A stretch of DNA of 64,000 nucleotides from Octopus sinensis (lineage: Eukaryota): the NCBI RefSeq assembly GCF_006345805.1, contig NC_043009.1, positions 70,370,001 to 70,434,000 of the forward strand, read 5' to 3'. A program made the translations under genes and the position numbers. Below, piece after piece: positions 25,891 to 40,217 of the stretch. The number at the start of each line of letters is the position of its first letter. Position 1 is the stretch's first letter. The notes under the pieces were generated by a model, which did not search any database, was not told where the DNA came from, and worked only from the letters and a program-made list of their open reading frames with translations.

Positions 25891-26350
25891 CTGGAAAGAG
25901 TCCAGAGGCTGGCTACCCGCATGGTTCATGGTCACAAAAATTTGTCCTACGAAGAAAGGCTGAGGACGCTCGACCTTTATTCTCTTGAAAAACGCCGCCG
26001 CCGTGGTGATCTCATTCTCGCCCACAACATAATAAGCGGGAAGTGTAACCTCTCGAAAGAGCTGTTCTTCACTCCTGCTCCGGAGCGTCGGCTGCGGGGT
26101 CATTCCGAAAAGCTCTACCTGCGACGATTTCATCTCAATCGAAGGAGAGGAGCTTTCTCCGTCCGGTTGCGGATCCGTGGAACAAGCTGCCAGACGAGAT
26201 GGTGAAGATGCCGACGACCGCTTTGTTCAAAGCCTCCCTGGACCTCAAGTGGCCTGAACTCTTTACATGAACACCACCCTGTTCTTAACTCCATGTCCCC
26301 CTACATGGCCTTGCTATTTGCTTTTGAGCCAACTTAACTAACTAACTAAC
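25891..26350 (+). mobile_element. CR1-clade LINE 3' fragment with (ACTA)n tail
   Basis: LERVQRLATRMVHGHKNLSYEERLRTLDLYSLEKRRRRGDLI...LRGHSEKL...WNKLP; stop near 26270; tail AACTAACTAACTAAC. Confidence 0.9.
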
Positions 26351-26421
26351 ATGCATACATACATGCATACATACATACATACATACATGCATACATACAT
26401 ACATACATACATGCATGCATG

Positions 26422-26455
<34 letters not shown>

Positions 26456-26460
26456 TATAA
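26351..26460. repeat. (CATA)n microsatellite
   Basis: Directly visible. Confidence 0.95.
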
Positions 26461-26997
26461 ACGTACATATATATATATTCTTCACCGTATATTGACAATG
26501 TGGCTTCTGTTGTTGTATTTATGGATACTGCCTCAATTATTTCCATGCTATTATCTCTTCTGCTTCTGTTTCTGTTTGTGTAACTTCTCTTCCCTTCGTC
26601 TCCTCTAAATTCCAAAACTAATTGTGTTCTTAGCAATAAAAATAGTTTCCAATTTTTATTGTGTTGCAAAATTACTATATAGAATATAGATTTACCTTTT
26701 AAGAGGCACCGGCCTAGAATGGTTCTCAGCGTTATTTCTCACTTTCTCATTTTCGGTGTAAAACATACATTGTTTACATCTGCATTAACGTGATGTTTTC
26801 CAAATGTTTGCCAAAAATTTCCTTGTTTTCGTGTGTAAGTTTCATAGTTCACTTTTGTTCAATTTTATTAAACTGAAAATTTAGCCAACAATTAGGATGG
26901 CAAGTGTGTTGAAGATGTTATTTTGATTTCATTTTTGAATGTTTAGTTCTGGTTCTAATACTAATAAGATTTTAAAATTGTATATATATATATATAC

Positions 26998-27034
<37 letters not shown>

Positions 27035-28677
27035 CACCCCAACACACAAGCACATATATACATACTTACCGGCCTACGTAAATAACTACTTATATAATAC
27101 ATACGTACATGTATATCTATGTATATGTGTGTGCGCGACTGTGTGAGTTTGTGAGTGTGTGTGTATGTGTCTGTAAGTGCGTAAAGTTCTTGCCAATGTC
27201 CACCACAGTGACGACACGAACAACATCAACACTAATTATTACACAAAAGAAGAGAAGTAACAGCCAGAAGCAGGAGAACATTTTCAAACGTTGTGTTTAA
27301 TGTAGATACAAATTGTTTTTCTCCTGCTGTGTGAGAAGATGGAAGTACAGAAGAAATACATCAATGATTGCACTCCTAGAAAAGATTTACGAATAAACAG
27401 TGGAATGGTCTGTAAGTTATCGGTGCAAATCCGAGAAAAGTCGGATCGAAACAGAAAAGTAAATTTAAAATCAAAAGACTCAACAAGAAATCCTAGATAA
27501 CTTAATTTTCTGATTAATTGGAGTAAAACTTGATACAAAAGACGAAGTACAGGATATAGGATACTGACATCCACTAAAATGTTTTCTTTACTATTTTTTC
27601 AACGAAGCAAAAGTCGCCCACCCACCACGAAAAAAAACCCAACAAAACCCCGAATAGGTCGAGTTAACATTCTTGTCTTCCAAAAGTGGAATTATAGTTA
27701 TGAAGGATAAAGAGATTTTGTTGGGGAAAGTGTGAATGGATGGACATGCCAACAGTTAGTAATACGGTGCAGAGTACAGGTGGATGTTTATATTTTGATA
27801 TGATAAAATATATATTCAAATTTTGTAGTATTCCATCCTACGTGAAATGCTTTCAGAGGTGTTTGCCGTTGGCTCTGCGTGGAGTGCTTGTTGCATTCAT
27901 CTTTATGAGACATAAATTACACAATAGATTGCAAACATTGTAACTTATAAACGTACAACCCAATAATTTTCAACAATACCAAACAAAATCTCTACAGAAT
28001 ATATGAAGAAAATTAGTTTGATCCTACTTTCAACCATGAATGGTAACAAGGCCATGCACCTTTTATCAGATTGTTAGGATACCATCATATATAAAACTTC
28101 TTACAAAGTTAATATAACCAAGAAAACCCCTCACAACCAGTCCACTGAATATGCAAGGAAAGCATGGGGTGACAATAAAGATGACATCCACAGCTGAAGA
28201 AGGAGAGGAAAATTGAACTGAAGATAAATGGAATTCCAGGTTTTGGTTGCTCCAAAAGACGTACGTGTTATCCCAGGAGGGTTTCCGTTTATCATTTCGG
28301 AAACACTCCGTGCATTCAACTTGTCCTGTAGAGTAGAAAATGTCAAAGTTACATTTATGGTTGAGTGATGATGAGAGCGAAGGTGTAGTGTCAGTGCAAA
28401 CTCAAACGGAGAAGTATATGTGACCAGCATCAAATCAACAAGTACAACTACTACATGCTACTACGACAGCAACAAAGTATTTCTCTGCACTGAGAGAGAC
28501 TGGCGAGAAACCTCATCACTACCTCTACGGTTATCGCTATCGTCAGCGCCCCCCTCCCAAATCTACGAGACATAAGGATGAAAAAAGAAAGAAAAAACAC
28601 GACGTAATTCGAACCCTTGTGTATAGAAGTGGTGATGGACGACGCAACAGATTCTGCATGTAGGACGATCTTTAAAA

Positions 28678-28718
<41 letters not shown>

Positions 28719-29949
28719 TAAAAAGGGGATACTAGTGATCTTAACCCCCAAAACTTCAAAATACAGAAGCACCAACCCAGACTGAAAAATTGCGGATCAA
28801 TTCTGAAACTAGCCAAAAGGTTATTAATAACGAGAGCATGAAACAGTAGCCAGAAGAAGAGTCACAATAAGAATATCGACCACAAGGTATGAAGAATTAA
28901 GAAGAACTGAATCAGCAACAACAAGAGTGCCATTAAATAACCGCAATATAAAGACAAGACGAAAACCCCACCTATCGGGAACAACAACTACAAAATCAGC
29001 AAGAAACGAATAAAATACAAACTACGAGAACCGCTGTTGACTGTCCCCGAACCACACAGTTTTTTTGAAAGGAGACAGTAAAGTTGATGAGTTGATGGAG
29101 CTTACATACTCAGAGAAGAGCAGACATTGTTTAGAAGGGCCTTGATGCTATCTTGCTTTGCAAAAGAGAGAGCGCAGTAAGAGGCGGTTCTGGGTTTCCT
29201 ACATGAAGTTGATTGTTATTAAAATTTCTGATCCAAACGCATAAGGGTGGGACACAGCAAAGCACCCTGAAAACGGGGAATGCTACCATTAACCTATTTT
29301 CCCTGTGTAAACTGCTATGCAGTACTTATCAATTCCTTTGGGTTCTCGTTAACCGCGCGTCATCTCCTCTGTTGAGTTCACCTTATATATAGGGGTCTTA
29401 TGCAGATGAGGAAAAGTGGGCATCATAATATTAATTTCATTGTTTATAACAAAATTCTTTTTGTAGTTTGAGAATTTGATTAATGTTTGGAATGCATTGT
29501 ATAAGTAAATTTGTCTATTTCAATTTTAGATAATCGTAGAATAACTCTTCGGATATTTTCTAGATTGCTTGATACGAAAATTTTCTTGCATGTTTGATCA
29601 TTTTCCTCTGTAGCTCAAGTGCCTCTGTCAAAATGCTTCTGTGATTTAGACTCAATATATTTGTGTAATCATCAAAGAATGGTCGATCTTTGTCCAGCAT
29701 TTTCTTTTATGTTTCATTTTTCCTCTGGACGTCGTTGGCACCAAGAGAGGAGCTGGTCTGTTTTATGTTAACTTTTAGTAGAGGCGACTGAGCTTTTATA
29801 ATCATGTATTTAGACTTTTCCCTAACGTGATGCTTTCGGATTACAGACATAAACTTAAATTGACTACCCACTCACTCACTCACACACCCACACGTACACA
29901 CACACACACATTCACGCACACACACTTGCACATACACACACATATTTCT

Positions 29950-30242
<293 letters not shown>

Positions 30243-30789
30243 TAGCTCCAGTTGCAACTGGTTGGTTTCGCTCTCTTTTACAGGATAATGAAAATAGCGT
30301 TTTAAGAAATATATCCAGAATATTTATTCTGCTTTATCTCATGTTCAAAACGACCCTTGCTTTTCTTTCGCATTTTTTTTTTGTATCATATTTTATGTGT
30401 GTATTTTATGAACGATATCTACGCATTTCAATAAACAATAAATTGTATACTTTCGTTTACAACCATTCAACTGCGCACATGATTGTATAAACATTCAAGT
30501 ATAGGCATACGGTATTAATTTTCGTACTCACACTTTGCCATTTGTATTCGTCGGCCTCTTCCTAGTCGCTTGTGTTGATCTCAGTTGATAGACATGTCGC
30601 ATTGAAATATCGTATCACGGCCAAACTGTGTCTCAAAGTAAGAATAATGTGCGTTTATTTTAAAAAGTCCGTTTTCTTAAGTTTCCCTGCGGAGTGTCGG
30701 ATTTCCTTGTAGGCGATGTTTGTGGATATATTCCGTATATCGGTAGGGAGCTGGTTCATAACCGTCAATGTTGTTATTTAACCTTCAGC

Positions 30790-30837
<48 letters not shown>

Positions 30838-30846
30838 CATTATTAT

Positions 30847-30899
<53 letters not shown>

Positions 30900-30906
30900 T
30901 ACTACA
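30790..30906. repeat. compound (TAT)n-(TAC)n microsatellite
   Basis: Directly visible. Confidence 0.95.
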
Positions 30907-31729
30907 TTTCTGTGGGGTGTCAGCAACACTTCGCTTTGAGTCGCCGGTCAGTGTTTCCGTTTATTCATAAACGTAAGTGACGTTAACAGCTTGAATGTTG
31001 TTGCATAGAATGTGTTAAGCCATACAACAGCACTTTAGGGCAAGTTGATATATTTGATTCTCACTTCTTCGGGCCTCGAATGTGTAAAGGGAGTGTTCAA
31101 ATTATGCTTTGAAAAGCATATTGTATGCAAACATGGTGTCGGCTTCCACATCCAGTGAACTGAATGGAGAGGTGGGCAGCGCCGGTGCGTCGCAAAGACA
31201 AGTGCACCACTTCAGATAGTTAAATTGCCGTCGTTCTGCACATAGAAGGGGAAGCATAAAGCACTCACCGCTGCAACATTAACAATCGACAGTAACAATA
31301 ACAAGAGCAACAAACAGCAGCAGCAGTGTGAAGAGGAGCAAAGACGGTGTTCTGGCTCGTGAGGGAGGAGGAGGGGGAAGAGGTTTCATCGTTGAAAGTT
31401 CCAAGTTCAAAACATTTCATCAAGGTTTCAACGGAAAACAAAAAAAAAGGTACCATTAAACAACAATAGCAACAACAATATGAGCAGAAATTACAGCAAA
31501 GACAACAGAGGCAAATATATCGATAGAAAGAGCCGTAGAAATAGTGGCAAGAGTAGCAGAGATGACAGCAAGAGCAGAATGAATTGCAAGAACGACAACA
31601 TTGACGGAGAACAGCGGGAGAATAAAAAAAAACACCAATAATACCAGAAAAAGCTAAATCCCCAGCATAGCATCTCCTTCGCTGCAGATGTCGCCACTAG
31701 GGAACTTTACAGTGTCAACTATCAATACT

Positions 31730-32330
31730 TGGTATCTGTCATTCTCTTTGAAGGTTCGATCGCTGCTATATACAACAACTGCTCAGTTATCAGAGTAAAT
31801 TACTATCTGTCGCTACCATGCGTTTGGTTGATGGATAGTGTAACCACACGACACCTCTGTCATTCGAGCAACTACTTAAGAAGGTTCAGATTTCGAGGGG
31901 CGTCCAATATAAAGTAGGATGTGGGAAAGTTGTGCCAGCATATGTCAACGACTTCACCGTAATACAAACGGACACAAAACACGCTGAAGTAATCGTCATT
32001 GCTCTGAGGAATTACAATCTGCCGATAGCAATGCCCGAGATTCGAACGGAGTAACGAAAGACAACTTTACGTGCTTCAACAACGCTCGAAGATTGCAAAC
32101 TTGTCGAGTTGCATCAAGCAGCTGGTATTTATTAATAGACGGGACGGGTCCTGTTATAAACCGACAATATCTCGAAGATAACACTCCTGCTTTCCTTTGG
32201 CTGAGAAGGGCAAGAAGTTTCCCTCAGGCTGCTATAGCGGAAGAGATTTTGTGGCGGACACCAACTAACGAACTGAACATAGACATTTTCCATTCCAGTC
32301 AAGTCCTCATGACCTTTTACAAAACCACTG
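31730..32330 (+). pseudogene. Tx1/L1-like LINE RT remnant
   Basis: IAAIYNN.CSVIRVNYYLS, PLSFEQLLKKV, VVPAYVNDFTVI (degenerate YADD motif); stops and frameshifts. Confidence 0.6.
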
Positions 32331-32359
32331 GCTTCATGAGTACTATCTTCAGGCAGAAA

Positions 32360-32552
32360 ATTTAGCGCGTTGGAAAAAATGCTAGAGGTATTTCTCCCGG
32401 GTCTTTAAGTTCTGCGCTCAAATCCCACCGAGATGATATTTGACTCCCACCTTTTCAGGAGTCGATAAAGTAAAGTACCAGTCAGCTACTGTCAATATAG
32501 TCGACTGTCCTCTTCCCCTAAAATTCGTGGTTTAATGCCAAAATTTGAAATC
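32360..32552 (+). mobile_element. SINE family A, old copy
   Basis: CTCAAATCCCACCGAG...CCTTTTCAGGAGTCGATAAAGTAAAGTACCAGTC. Confidence 0.7.
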
Positions 32553-32793
32553 GCTATATTATTACAATTGTCATTTCTCGGAGATATTGATTTCACTTGC
32601 TCCGGCTAATTCTATAAGATCAGACGACAACCTGTTTTCTAGGGTCTCACATGGTATTATTATGATTATTGTTGTTGTTGTTGTTTTACTTCTCAGAACG
32701 TTCGGTCTTCTTTGCTCTGGTTGGTTCTGTGAGAGCGGACAGCAGCCTGCAGTCAGAGGTCACACAGGGCCTCTTTCCACACATTATAAGCTT

Positions 32794-32999
32794 TGAGCTG
32801 GCAGAATAGTTAGCGTGCTGGACGAAGTGCTTAGCGGTATTTCGTCTGCCGTTACGTTCTGATTTCCGCCGAGGTTGACTTTGCCTTTCATTCTTTCGGG
32901 GTCGATTAAATAAGTACCAGTTACGCACTGGGATCGATGTAATCGACTTTGTCTGTGCTTGTTTGTCCCCTCTATGTTTAGCCCCCTGTGGGCAATAAA
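32794..32999 (+). mobile_element. SINE family A, near full length
   Basis: GAGCTGGCAGAATAGTTAGC...GAGGTTGACTTTGCCTTTCATTCTTTCGGGGTCGATTAAATAAGTACCAG...GGGCAATAAA. Confidence 0.9.
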
Positions 33000-33094
33000 T
33001 TATATGCTTTGATACCTGGTTGTTAATTATCATGGGAAATATTCAACATCCAAGTACCCATCTCAAAATCTTAGCTGTCCCCAGGAGAGCAGTT

Positions 33095-33258
33095 TGATTT
33101 TACGCTCTGGGTTCAGATTCCGGCCGTGCTCGACTTTGCCTTTCATCATTTCAGAGTCGATAAATTAAGTACCAGTGAAACACCGGGGTCGATGTAATTG
33201 ACTGGTCCCCTCATCACCGCCCAAATTGTAGGTCTTGTGCCTTTAGTAGAACAGATTA
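33095..33258 (+). mobile_element. SINE family A-related copy with a different 3' end
   Basis: CTCGACTTTGCCTTTCATCATTTCAGAGTCGATAAATTAAGTACCAGTG shared core. Confidence 0.8.
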
Positions 33259-33284
33259 TTACAATTGTTGTTGTTGCTGTTGTT

Positions 33285-33604
33285 ATTCTTAAAGAATCTC
33301 GCATGGTTCTTAATTTCCGGTTATACTTTACTTGAAAGCAGGCAATAACAAATCACCAAAGCTTTCAAGTAGTGCCTTCTCCTGTGACTCAAAGAGACAA
33401 TGCTCTCTTAGAATGCGAGCCTTACGCAACAACGCTATCTTCTGGATCACCTCGAGCCTCATAGCAGCTCCAATATTCTGAATATGTTTTTCAAAGCCCT
33501 TGGAAACTGCTCCTAATGCTCCGATTACCACCAGTATCACCATTACTTTCCTCATGTCCCATAACTTTCCTATCTCGTCCCGGAGTGGCTGGTATTTTTC
33601 AATC
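33285..33604 (-). mobile_element. short 3' fragment of a second R4/Dong-clade element next to (TAA)n
   Basis: IEKYQPLRDEIGKLWDMRKVMVILVVIGALGAVSKGFEKHIQNIG...QKIALLRKARILR matches the C-terminus type of the 20.5-kb ORF. Confidence 0.85.
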
Positions 33605-34037
33605 CATCATCATTATTATTATTATTATTATATGTTTGACTTTTGCTTTTCATTTTCACAAGCTGGCTCCAAGTCTCACCCAGAGACCTCAAGAGACAAC
33701 AAGTTGGAAGTTCGTGTTGGTGTTATGCCTAGGGTGCCATATATTTGGTTTTGTACTTAGCATTGTACTAGTGAATGCCTAAAAAACCATACGAAAATTA
33801 TGTTTGTTTTAAAACTTGAGATTACAAAGAAAGTATTTTGCGTAGGATATGAGCAGTTCCCATGAGCACTATCTTTTGAATGTCTGCCATTTTGGGGTTT
33901 CCTGGTATCTGAGTTAGGTAGCAATCAGTCCCTTTTGCTATCATTCCCAGGGACCTATGACAACAGGTATTGTTTTAGCCTTCAGGGTCCACATTTTGCT
34001 GATTTCTATTTCCAGATCTTTATAATTGCTCAGTTTA

Positions 34038-34088
<51 letters not shown>

Positions 34089-34512
34089 TATTATTATTAT
34101 TTATATTACTATTTAGTATTTCTTGTAATCAGCGGAAAGTTACAAAATTGATTCGTGTTGAGAGTTTCACGCAACTAATCGTCCCTTTGAAATAATACAC
34201 ACACACACACACAAACACACGCACACACACACACACAAACATTTATATAACCAAAATAAGAGGACAAGGAAAGATTTTAGCAGATCTTTAATAACAAGTT
34301 ACAATTGCTTCGGTCCCATTGCGTTTTAAGACCGATGCACGCAAACGTTCCATTTGAAAATTTAAGCAATATTTACAGTCTTAAACGTTCGAGTGACACT
34401 TCGTCAGACTTGCGTGAAATGTGCGTTCTAACTTTGTGCATCTGTCAAGCGGGAGGAAGGTGGAGACGATAAGTATAAGACAAGTATTGAGATGGGGAAA
34501 TAGCGGACAAAA

Positions 34513-34548
<36 letters not shown>

Positions 34549-35324
34549 AAAGCAAATAGGAACAAACGGAAGAAGAGGAAGGAGAATATATGAAGGGTGT
34601 GATAGGCAAACAGTAAAACTACTCCGGCAACAAAACAATGAGGAACCATATGTCTTGGCATGGTTTCCTTCATCTAACAATGCAGAACGGGCTGTTATTG
34701 TTCAAGGAGGGTCACATGGTGTTATACTGAATAATTTCGGTTCGTTAGCGACACCTGTTCCATGAGAAAAAAAGGGACGACCTTTGACTGGGTAGTTTTA
34801 CCGGGAACTGTCGAAGTCCGTGTGCCTGGATATGGCTTACGTGAGTGTATGCGTATGTGTGTGTGTGTGCACGTATGTTTGCATGTGTGAGTATGTAGAT
34901 ATGTGCGTATGTGTGTGTGTGTGTGTATGTGTGTGTGTGTGTTTGTATACTAGCGGACATATGCATATACATGGATGTAGGTATGTTTACTGGTTGTACG
35001 TGTCTATTCCTTCACCAAAGGCCATGGAAGTGGCCGTTGAAAAGGTGATTACATCGGCGGTGTTGAAGCATGGCCGTAGTCTCTGGGCTGAAACGTACAA
35101 AAGAATAAATAATAAAAATAACAGGAAACAAACAACTGCACACACGCATGAACATATATATATATACACACACATGTGTGTATGTGTGTACATAAATGTT
35201 TTGTGTGTGTATATATATATACATATATGCGTATGAATGTGCTTGTCTCTGCGTGTGCACGTGTATGTGTATGTGCATATGCATATATATATATGCATAG
35301 ATCGCTAGCCGCTACACATTGTTT

Positions 35325-35475
35325 ATTTTCTCTGTTTGTTTCTTTCTGTGGAAGGGCGTAGGTTCGAAACGTTAAAGACTTTTTCACTTCCTAAACGTTA
35401 AACCAATATATCTATTTGTTATCTAGATCACCTGTCTCCGACTCTGTTTTTTTTTTTTGTGAATTCTCCCCATAT
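35325..35475 (+). mobile_element. short (TA)n-embedded element (solo pLTR-like) carrying a hammerhead variant
   Basis: Homologous to 55571-55720; contains the motif at 35341-35378. Confidence 0.7.
35341..35378 (+). ncRNA. minimal type I hammerhead-like motif, core variant CUGUGGA
   Basis: Stem I TCTTT/AAAGA, CTGTGGA, A-GGGC-GTAG-GTTC stem II, GAAAC-GTT with zero-loop palindromic stem III (ACGT). Confidence 0.55.
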
Positions 35476-36032
35476 ATGCATAAAATATGTGTGTGTGTGT
35501 GTGTCTGTTGTCGGTGTGTATAAATTATTTTTACCTTGCTTACTTTCATTTTATACTTTTCCTTTTCTTCGGTATATTTACAGTGTATAAGATAATTTAT
35601 GTTAATTTTTAATTTTTAACTTCAGTATTCGTTTACAAATTCAGTATCGATATCGTAATACAACATCTCAACGGTAGTCTTTTATTTTACTCAATTTCAC
35701 TTTATTTAACTAAGTTTTGGAGGTGGTTCACAGGATGCATATTGAGCTGTGGGTCTTGGGTTGGGGAGGTCTTTTGGGTGGGAAAGCTTTGAGGACTACC
35801 ATATCATACACGGGCAACTTTCAAGGGTCTTTTACCCCAGTGTTTGTATGCTATGATGCTTCGGGAGCCAATAGCGAAGAATTTCGATCTTCCTTGAGTC
35901 TCCATTTCAAGGGCTATGTGCTGAATGCGGCAATGGAAATATTCAAATGTTCTACCTTGTAAGGTCTATAACATATATATACACACACGCACACGCACGT
36001 GCGTGTGTGTGTGTGTGTGAGTGTATGGATAT

Positions 36033-36065
<33 letters not shown>

Positions 36066-36066
<1 letters not shown>

Positions 36067-37141
36067 CTAGCAAACGCGACCGTCCCTTGGATGGTTTAAG
36101 TTGCTTTGGTGGTTTTCTTTCACCAAATATTTGAACTCCCGAGAAGGTTTATGAATAGCATGGCAATCTATGTTTGCGATTAACCTAGGAACGGAAAATG
36201 AAATTGAAGCCTGGTTACTGTGGAGGTCGCTGCACTTTAATGATCACAGAACATATAAGTTTGCAGGCGATGCAAAGTAGAGCTAATGAAGTGTTTTGGC
36301 AGTAGATTACAGATAATGACTACAAAATATAGTTGTTTTACATGAAAGCGAAATTCCTTGTGTGAAACAACCACATAAATGGTGTAAGGAAACTGAAGGA
36401 AGACGCTGAAACTTCTCCAACAGCAAAGGGAGCTATTTTTTTCGGAGAGATAAGCTAACAAAAGCCCATTTATTGTCTTCCCACATCCTGCGCATAAACT
36501 AACAGCAAACGCCGCATAAAGTCAAATTGGTATGGAGCTTTCTAAAAGATACGTACAATTTTCGCTAGTGGAAGTAAACTCTTATTTAAATTTGATTCTT
36601 TGTGACGAATTATATGTGATTGTTTAAAAAGGACAAGAACGACAATGCTAAAACGTATTTGAAACAATTGACAACAGTCGAAATATCATAATGGATGAAT
36701 AACTTAGCATCCTTAAAGGGAAACAACGGTATCAAAAGTAAACAAATATAAGAGAGGGAAGGGAATACCACCTTTCAAGTAACTCAGAACAGGTAAGCTT
36801 GCCAAAGTTTAATGCAGCTGAAATATGTAGATTAATATAGTTTGCTATTGGATCTTGTACAGTTTTCCTAGTCAACTGAATCCCCGTTGTAGGTGGACAG
36901 CAGAAATAAATAGACAAAATCCTTTCTCTTTTATAAAAAGATAAAAAAAGTATGGACAACCGTACATACACAAAAAATGATATCGATTTACGTCCATTTG
37001 TGCGGGAGCTGTGGGCACAATGCCATGGTGTATGACCATCCTTGAGACAAGAAATGTGGGCTGAAAGCTTGGTGAAAATCGGTTGAGAATTGTGGGAATG
37101 TATGCGTTAGTCATTATACACACAGCAATTTATATATACGA
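36066..37141 (-). mobile_element. non-autonomous Helitron-like element (third family)
   Basis: Minus-strand 5' TCGTATATATAAATTG, internal CCGATTTTCACCAAG, 3' hairpin ACCATCC-AA-GGGACGGT and CTAG|T at 36066-36070. Confidence 0.6.
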
Positions 37142-37376
37142 TATATATATATATACACATATTGTGTAGGGTGTGTTTCCAGTAACTCTGATGGTTTTAA
37201 GATAGGTGAAAAATTAAAGTCATATCATGCCATCGCATATTTTTCGACTGTCGCTAAAAATTAACGCTGCCAGCAACGATGTTATACTGAAGACAGAAAT
37301 AAGTAAAGATCATTGAATGCAAACATCTCGACAATTCCACTTTCGCATTGAAGGACTCAACCAAGATGGAAGCAGA

Positions 37377-37395
37377 TGCATGTGTGTATGTATAC

Positions 37396-37426
<31 letters not shown>

Positions 37427-37575
37427 TGTATGTATGTATGTATGTATGTATGTATACGTATGTATGTATGTATGTATGTATGTATGTATGTATGTATGTA
37501 TGTATACGTATGTATGTATGTATGTATGTATGTACGTATGTATGTATGTATGTATGCATGTATGTATGTATGTAT
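37377..37575. repeat. (TATG)n microsatellite
   Basis: Directly visible. Confidence 0.97.
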
Positions 37576-39422
37576 AAGAATTCTGTACTCAAACATCAAG
37601 GAGACCAGAAATCTAATGACGTTTCTATTCGATTTAAATGTAACTGTAAAGGGGATAATTTTATTTTACAGATTCCTTTGGTTTACAAATGCATTATCCG
37701 TCCTACGAATTTGCTCGCTATTTTTAGACACTTCACTTGCATCTTCTTTATTCTGGGTATGAACTCTCGCAACTTTCTATGTATCTCTTACACATACACA
37801 CACACAAGCTCAATAATTTTCATGTATAATAGCTTTACCGTTCATTGACTAAAAACAATCCTCAGATGGCATTAAGGACAACTTTGTTAATCATAATATA
37901 TACGAATTTTCCCTTTTTTCCGGAATACGTTAAATGTGCCATATGTTTGCCATCGAACGTGACTCGTTAACTATTCAAAGATTCTTATTAGGTGTATAAC
38001 ATAGGCTGCGAAAAAGAAAGAGGAGAGAAACAAAAGATGCTAGACTGACAAGAAATTTGGAGAGAACAATAAATGCTTCTCGATTTTCAGGTTCATTTTT
38101 AATTCTATTTTATTGAAAAGGAAACGAGGACTTCGCTCCTTCCGTCTGAGCTTTTGGAATTGTAATATATCCGCATCACTAAGTGTTTCATTCATTTCGA
38201 AGGTCGGGATTATGATTAGCTGTAAAAACCGAGAAAATTTCCTTAACGTTATTGAGTAAAATAATTTGATTTGTATTTGGGCAATAAATTGAAAATAGAC
38301 AAAATCCTATTCTACACAGCGATTTGATGAAGACTTTTGTAAATGAATGTACTTAGTTGATGGTCATGGCAGCTTAAGTATTCTTTTATTACAATTAATT
38401 ATATAGAACTCGATGTGAGTTTATACCTTAAGTACGTTCAATGGAATTTTCCCTCACTTTCCAAATTAAAATAATATTTTCAGAATCTGATTTTTATAAG
38501 CAACATAGATAATTAAAAGTGGATTGTTAGGGAATGCAGAGTTTTGGTGTGATGTGGGACATACGCGTTCTCATAAGCATGCACGCATTTAAGCATATTC
38601 ACTTTGAGACGCATATGCATTTGTACATACAAGAATATAAGAATAAATATATGCTACAGATATATACTTCGAGAGAATTTAAAATTGTAATATATAAAAA
38701 TAAAGCACAACAATACTATGTAAGCATAACCGATAACGGTGGGATATAGTGGTTTGCATGAGCCATCAATATACGGAGAAATTTTAATGTTTCTTTAAAA
38801 GCGATACTTAAACTTAATAAAACTTCTTAGATTTATTACTGCATATATTTTATACAGTTTTCAAGAAACTTGACAGGTTGGCAAAAATTTAAAGAATTCT
38901 AAATCCCTTCAAAAATTCAAGTAATATAAATTTGTACAAAATACTAAATTCATACACATTCTCAAATTTATCGCCCAAGAAGTGACCGAATTCTTGGAAT
39001 ATAAATTTCATCCTTCACAAGATTTAACACTGCTATCTTTAGCTAAGTGTACTCAGTTGTCTGAATTTGACTGAGGCGTATAGTCTGGAAGGCACTTCTT
39101 CCCTTACTTCTATCAGTCTCAGACTCCCTAGAAATATTCAATATAGTGGAGGAATGAAATAAGAGCCCCGACATAATTTTTCCGGATATTAGAAATAACA
39201 ACTTAATTCGTTCAAAGAATAATCTATCGCTTTTCATCATCCATCTGTGTAATCAGGGATGTCCTCGTGTCAAATGGCAAAAGGAAATTGTATCTTTAAG
39301 TTATTCTAAATAAGGCGTAATATCTAATCTCACCAAATGCATTCGATTCGGTATCTAAGCTGTTTTATGGAAACTCTTAAGCAAATTTATTTGTTTCAAA
39401 TTTTATCATGCACAAACACACA

Positions 39423-39472
<50 letters not shown>

Positions 39473-39646
39473 AAACATACACTCGCACACACACACAGAT
39501 GTACACGCGCGCGCATAAACATGCACACACATATAGGTAACCAGATAAAGCTCGAAGTTCGATTAAGGCTGTTCGTCACTTTTCCAATCTACAGACAAAT
39601 AAGTAAATATGCCCTGACTATATCTACTGCATAGATTGCATACACC

Positions 39647-39694
<48 letters not shown>

Positions 39695-39834
39695 CGTATA
39701 TGTATACATGTTTACATAAATATATACATCATCAATACATATATACATATACACGTATGTATGTAAGTATGTATATATTTATCACTAAATCCATCCATCC
39801 GTCAACTCATCCATTCATTCATCTCTCTCTCTCT

Positions 39835-39862
39835 TTCTCTTCCTATCTATCTACCTATCTAC

Positions 39863-39918
<56 letters not shown>

Positions 39919-39983
39919 GTTTCTATCTATGTTTCTATCTATCTATCTATGTATCTATCTATCTACCTATCTATCTATATATA

Positions 39984-40033
<50 letters not shown>

Positions 40034-40050
40034 CCTATCTATCTATCTAC

Positions 40051-40112
<62 letters not shown>

Positions 40113-40124
40113 GTCTGTCTATCA

Positions 40125-40198
<74 letters not shown>

Positions 40199-40217
40199 GT
40201 TTCTATCTATCTATCTA
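39835..40217. repeat. (CTAT)n array (GATA repeat on the minus strand)
   Basis: Directly visible. Confidence 0.97.

Noticed and set aside
28110-28430. Open frames on both strands (VLVAPKDVRV...FNLSCRVE on +; QVECTECF...PSWDNTYVFW on -)
   Set aside because: Superficial Ig-like or C2-like look only; competing frames and splice sites, so no call can be supported
36395-36420. CTGAGGA-AGACGCT-GAAAC
   Set aside because: No GUH or stem III and no stem I; chance match
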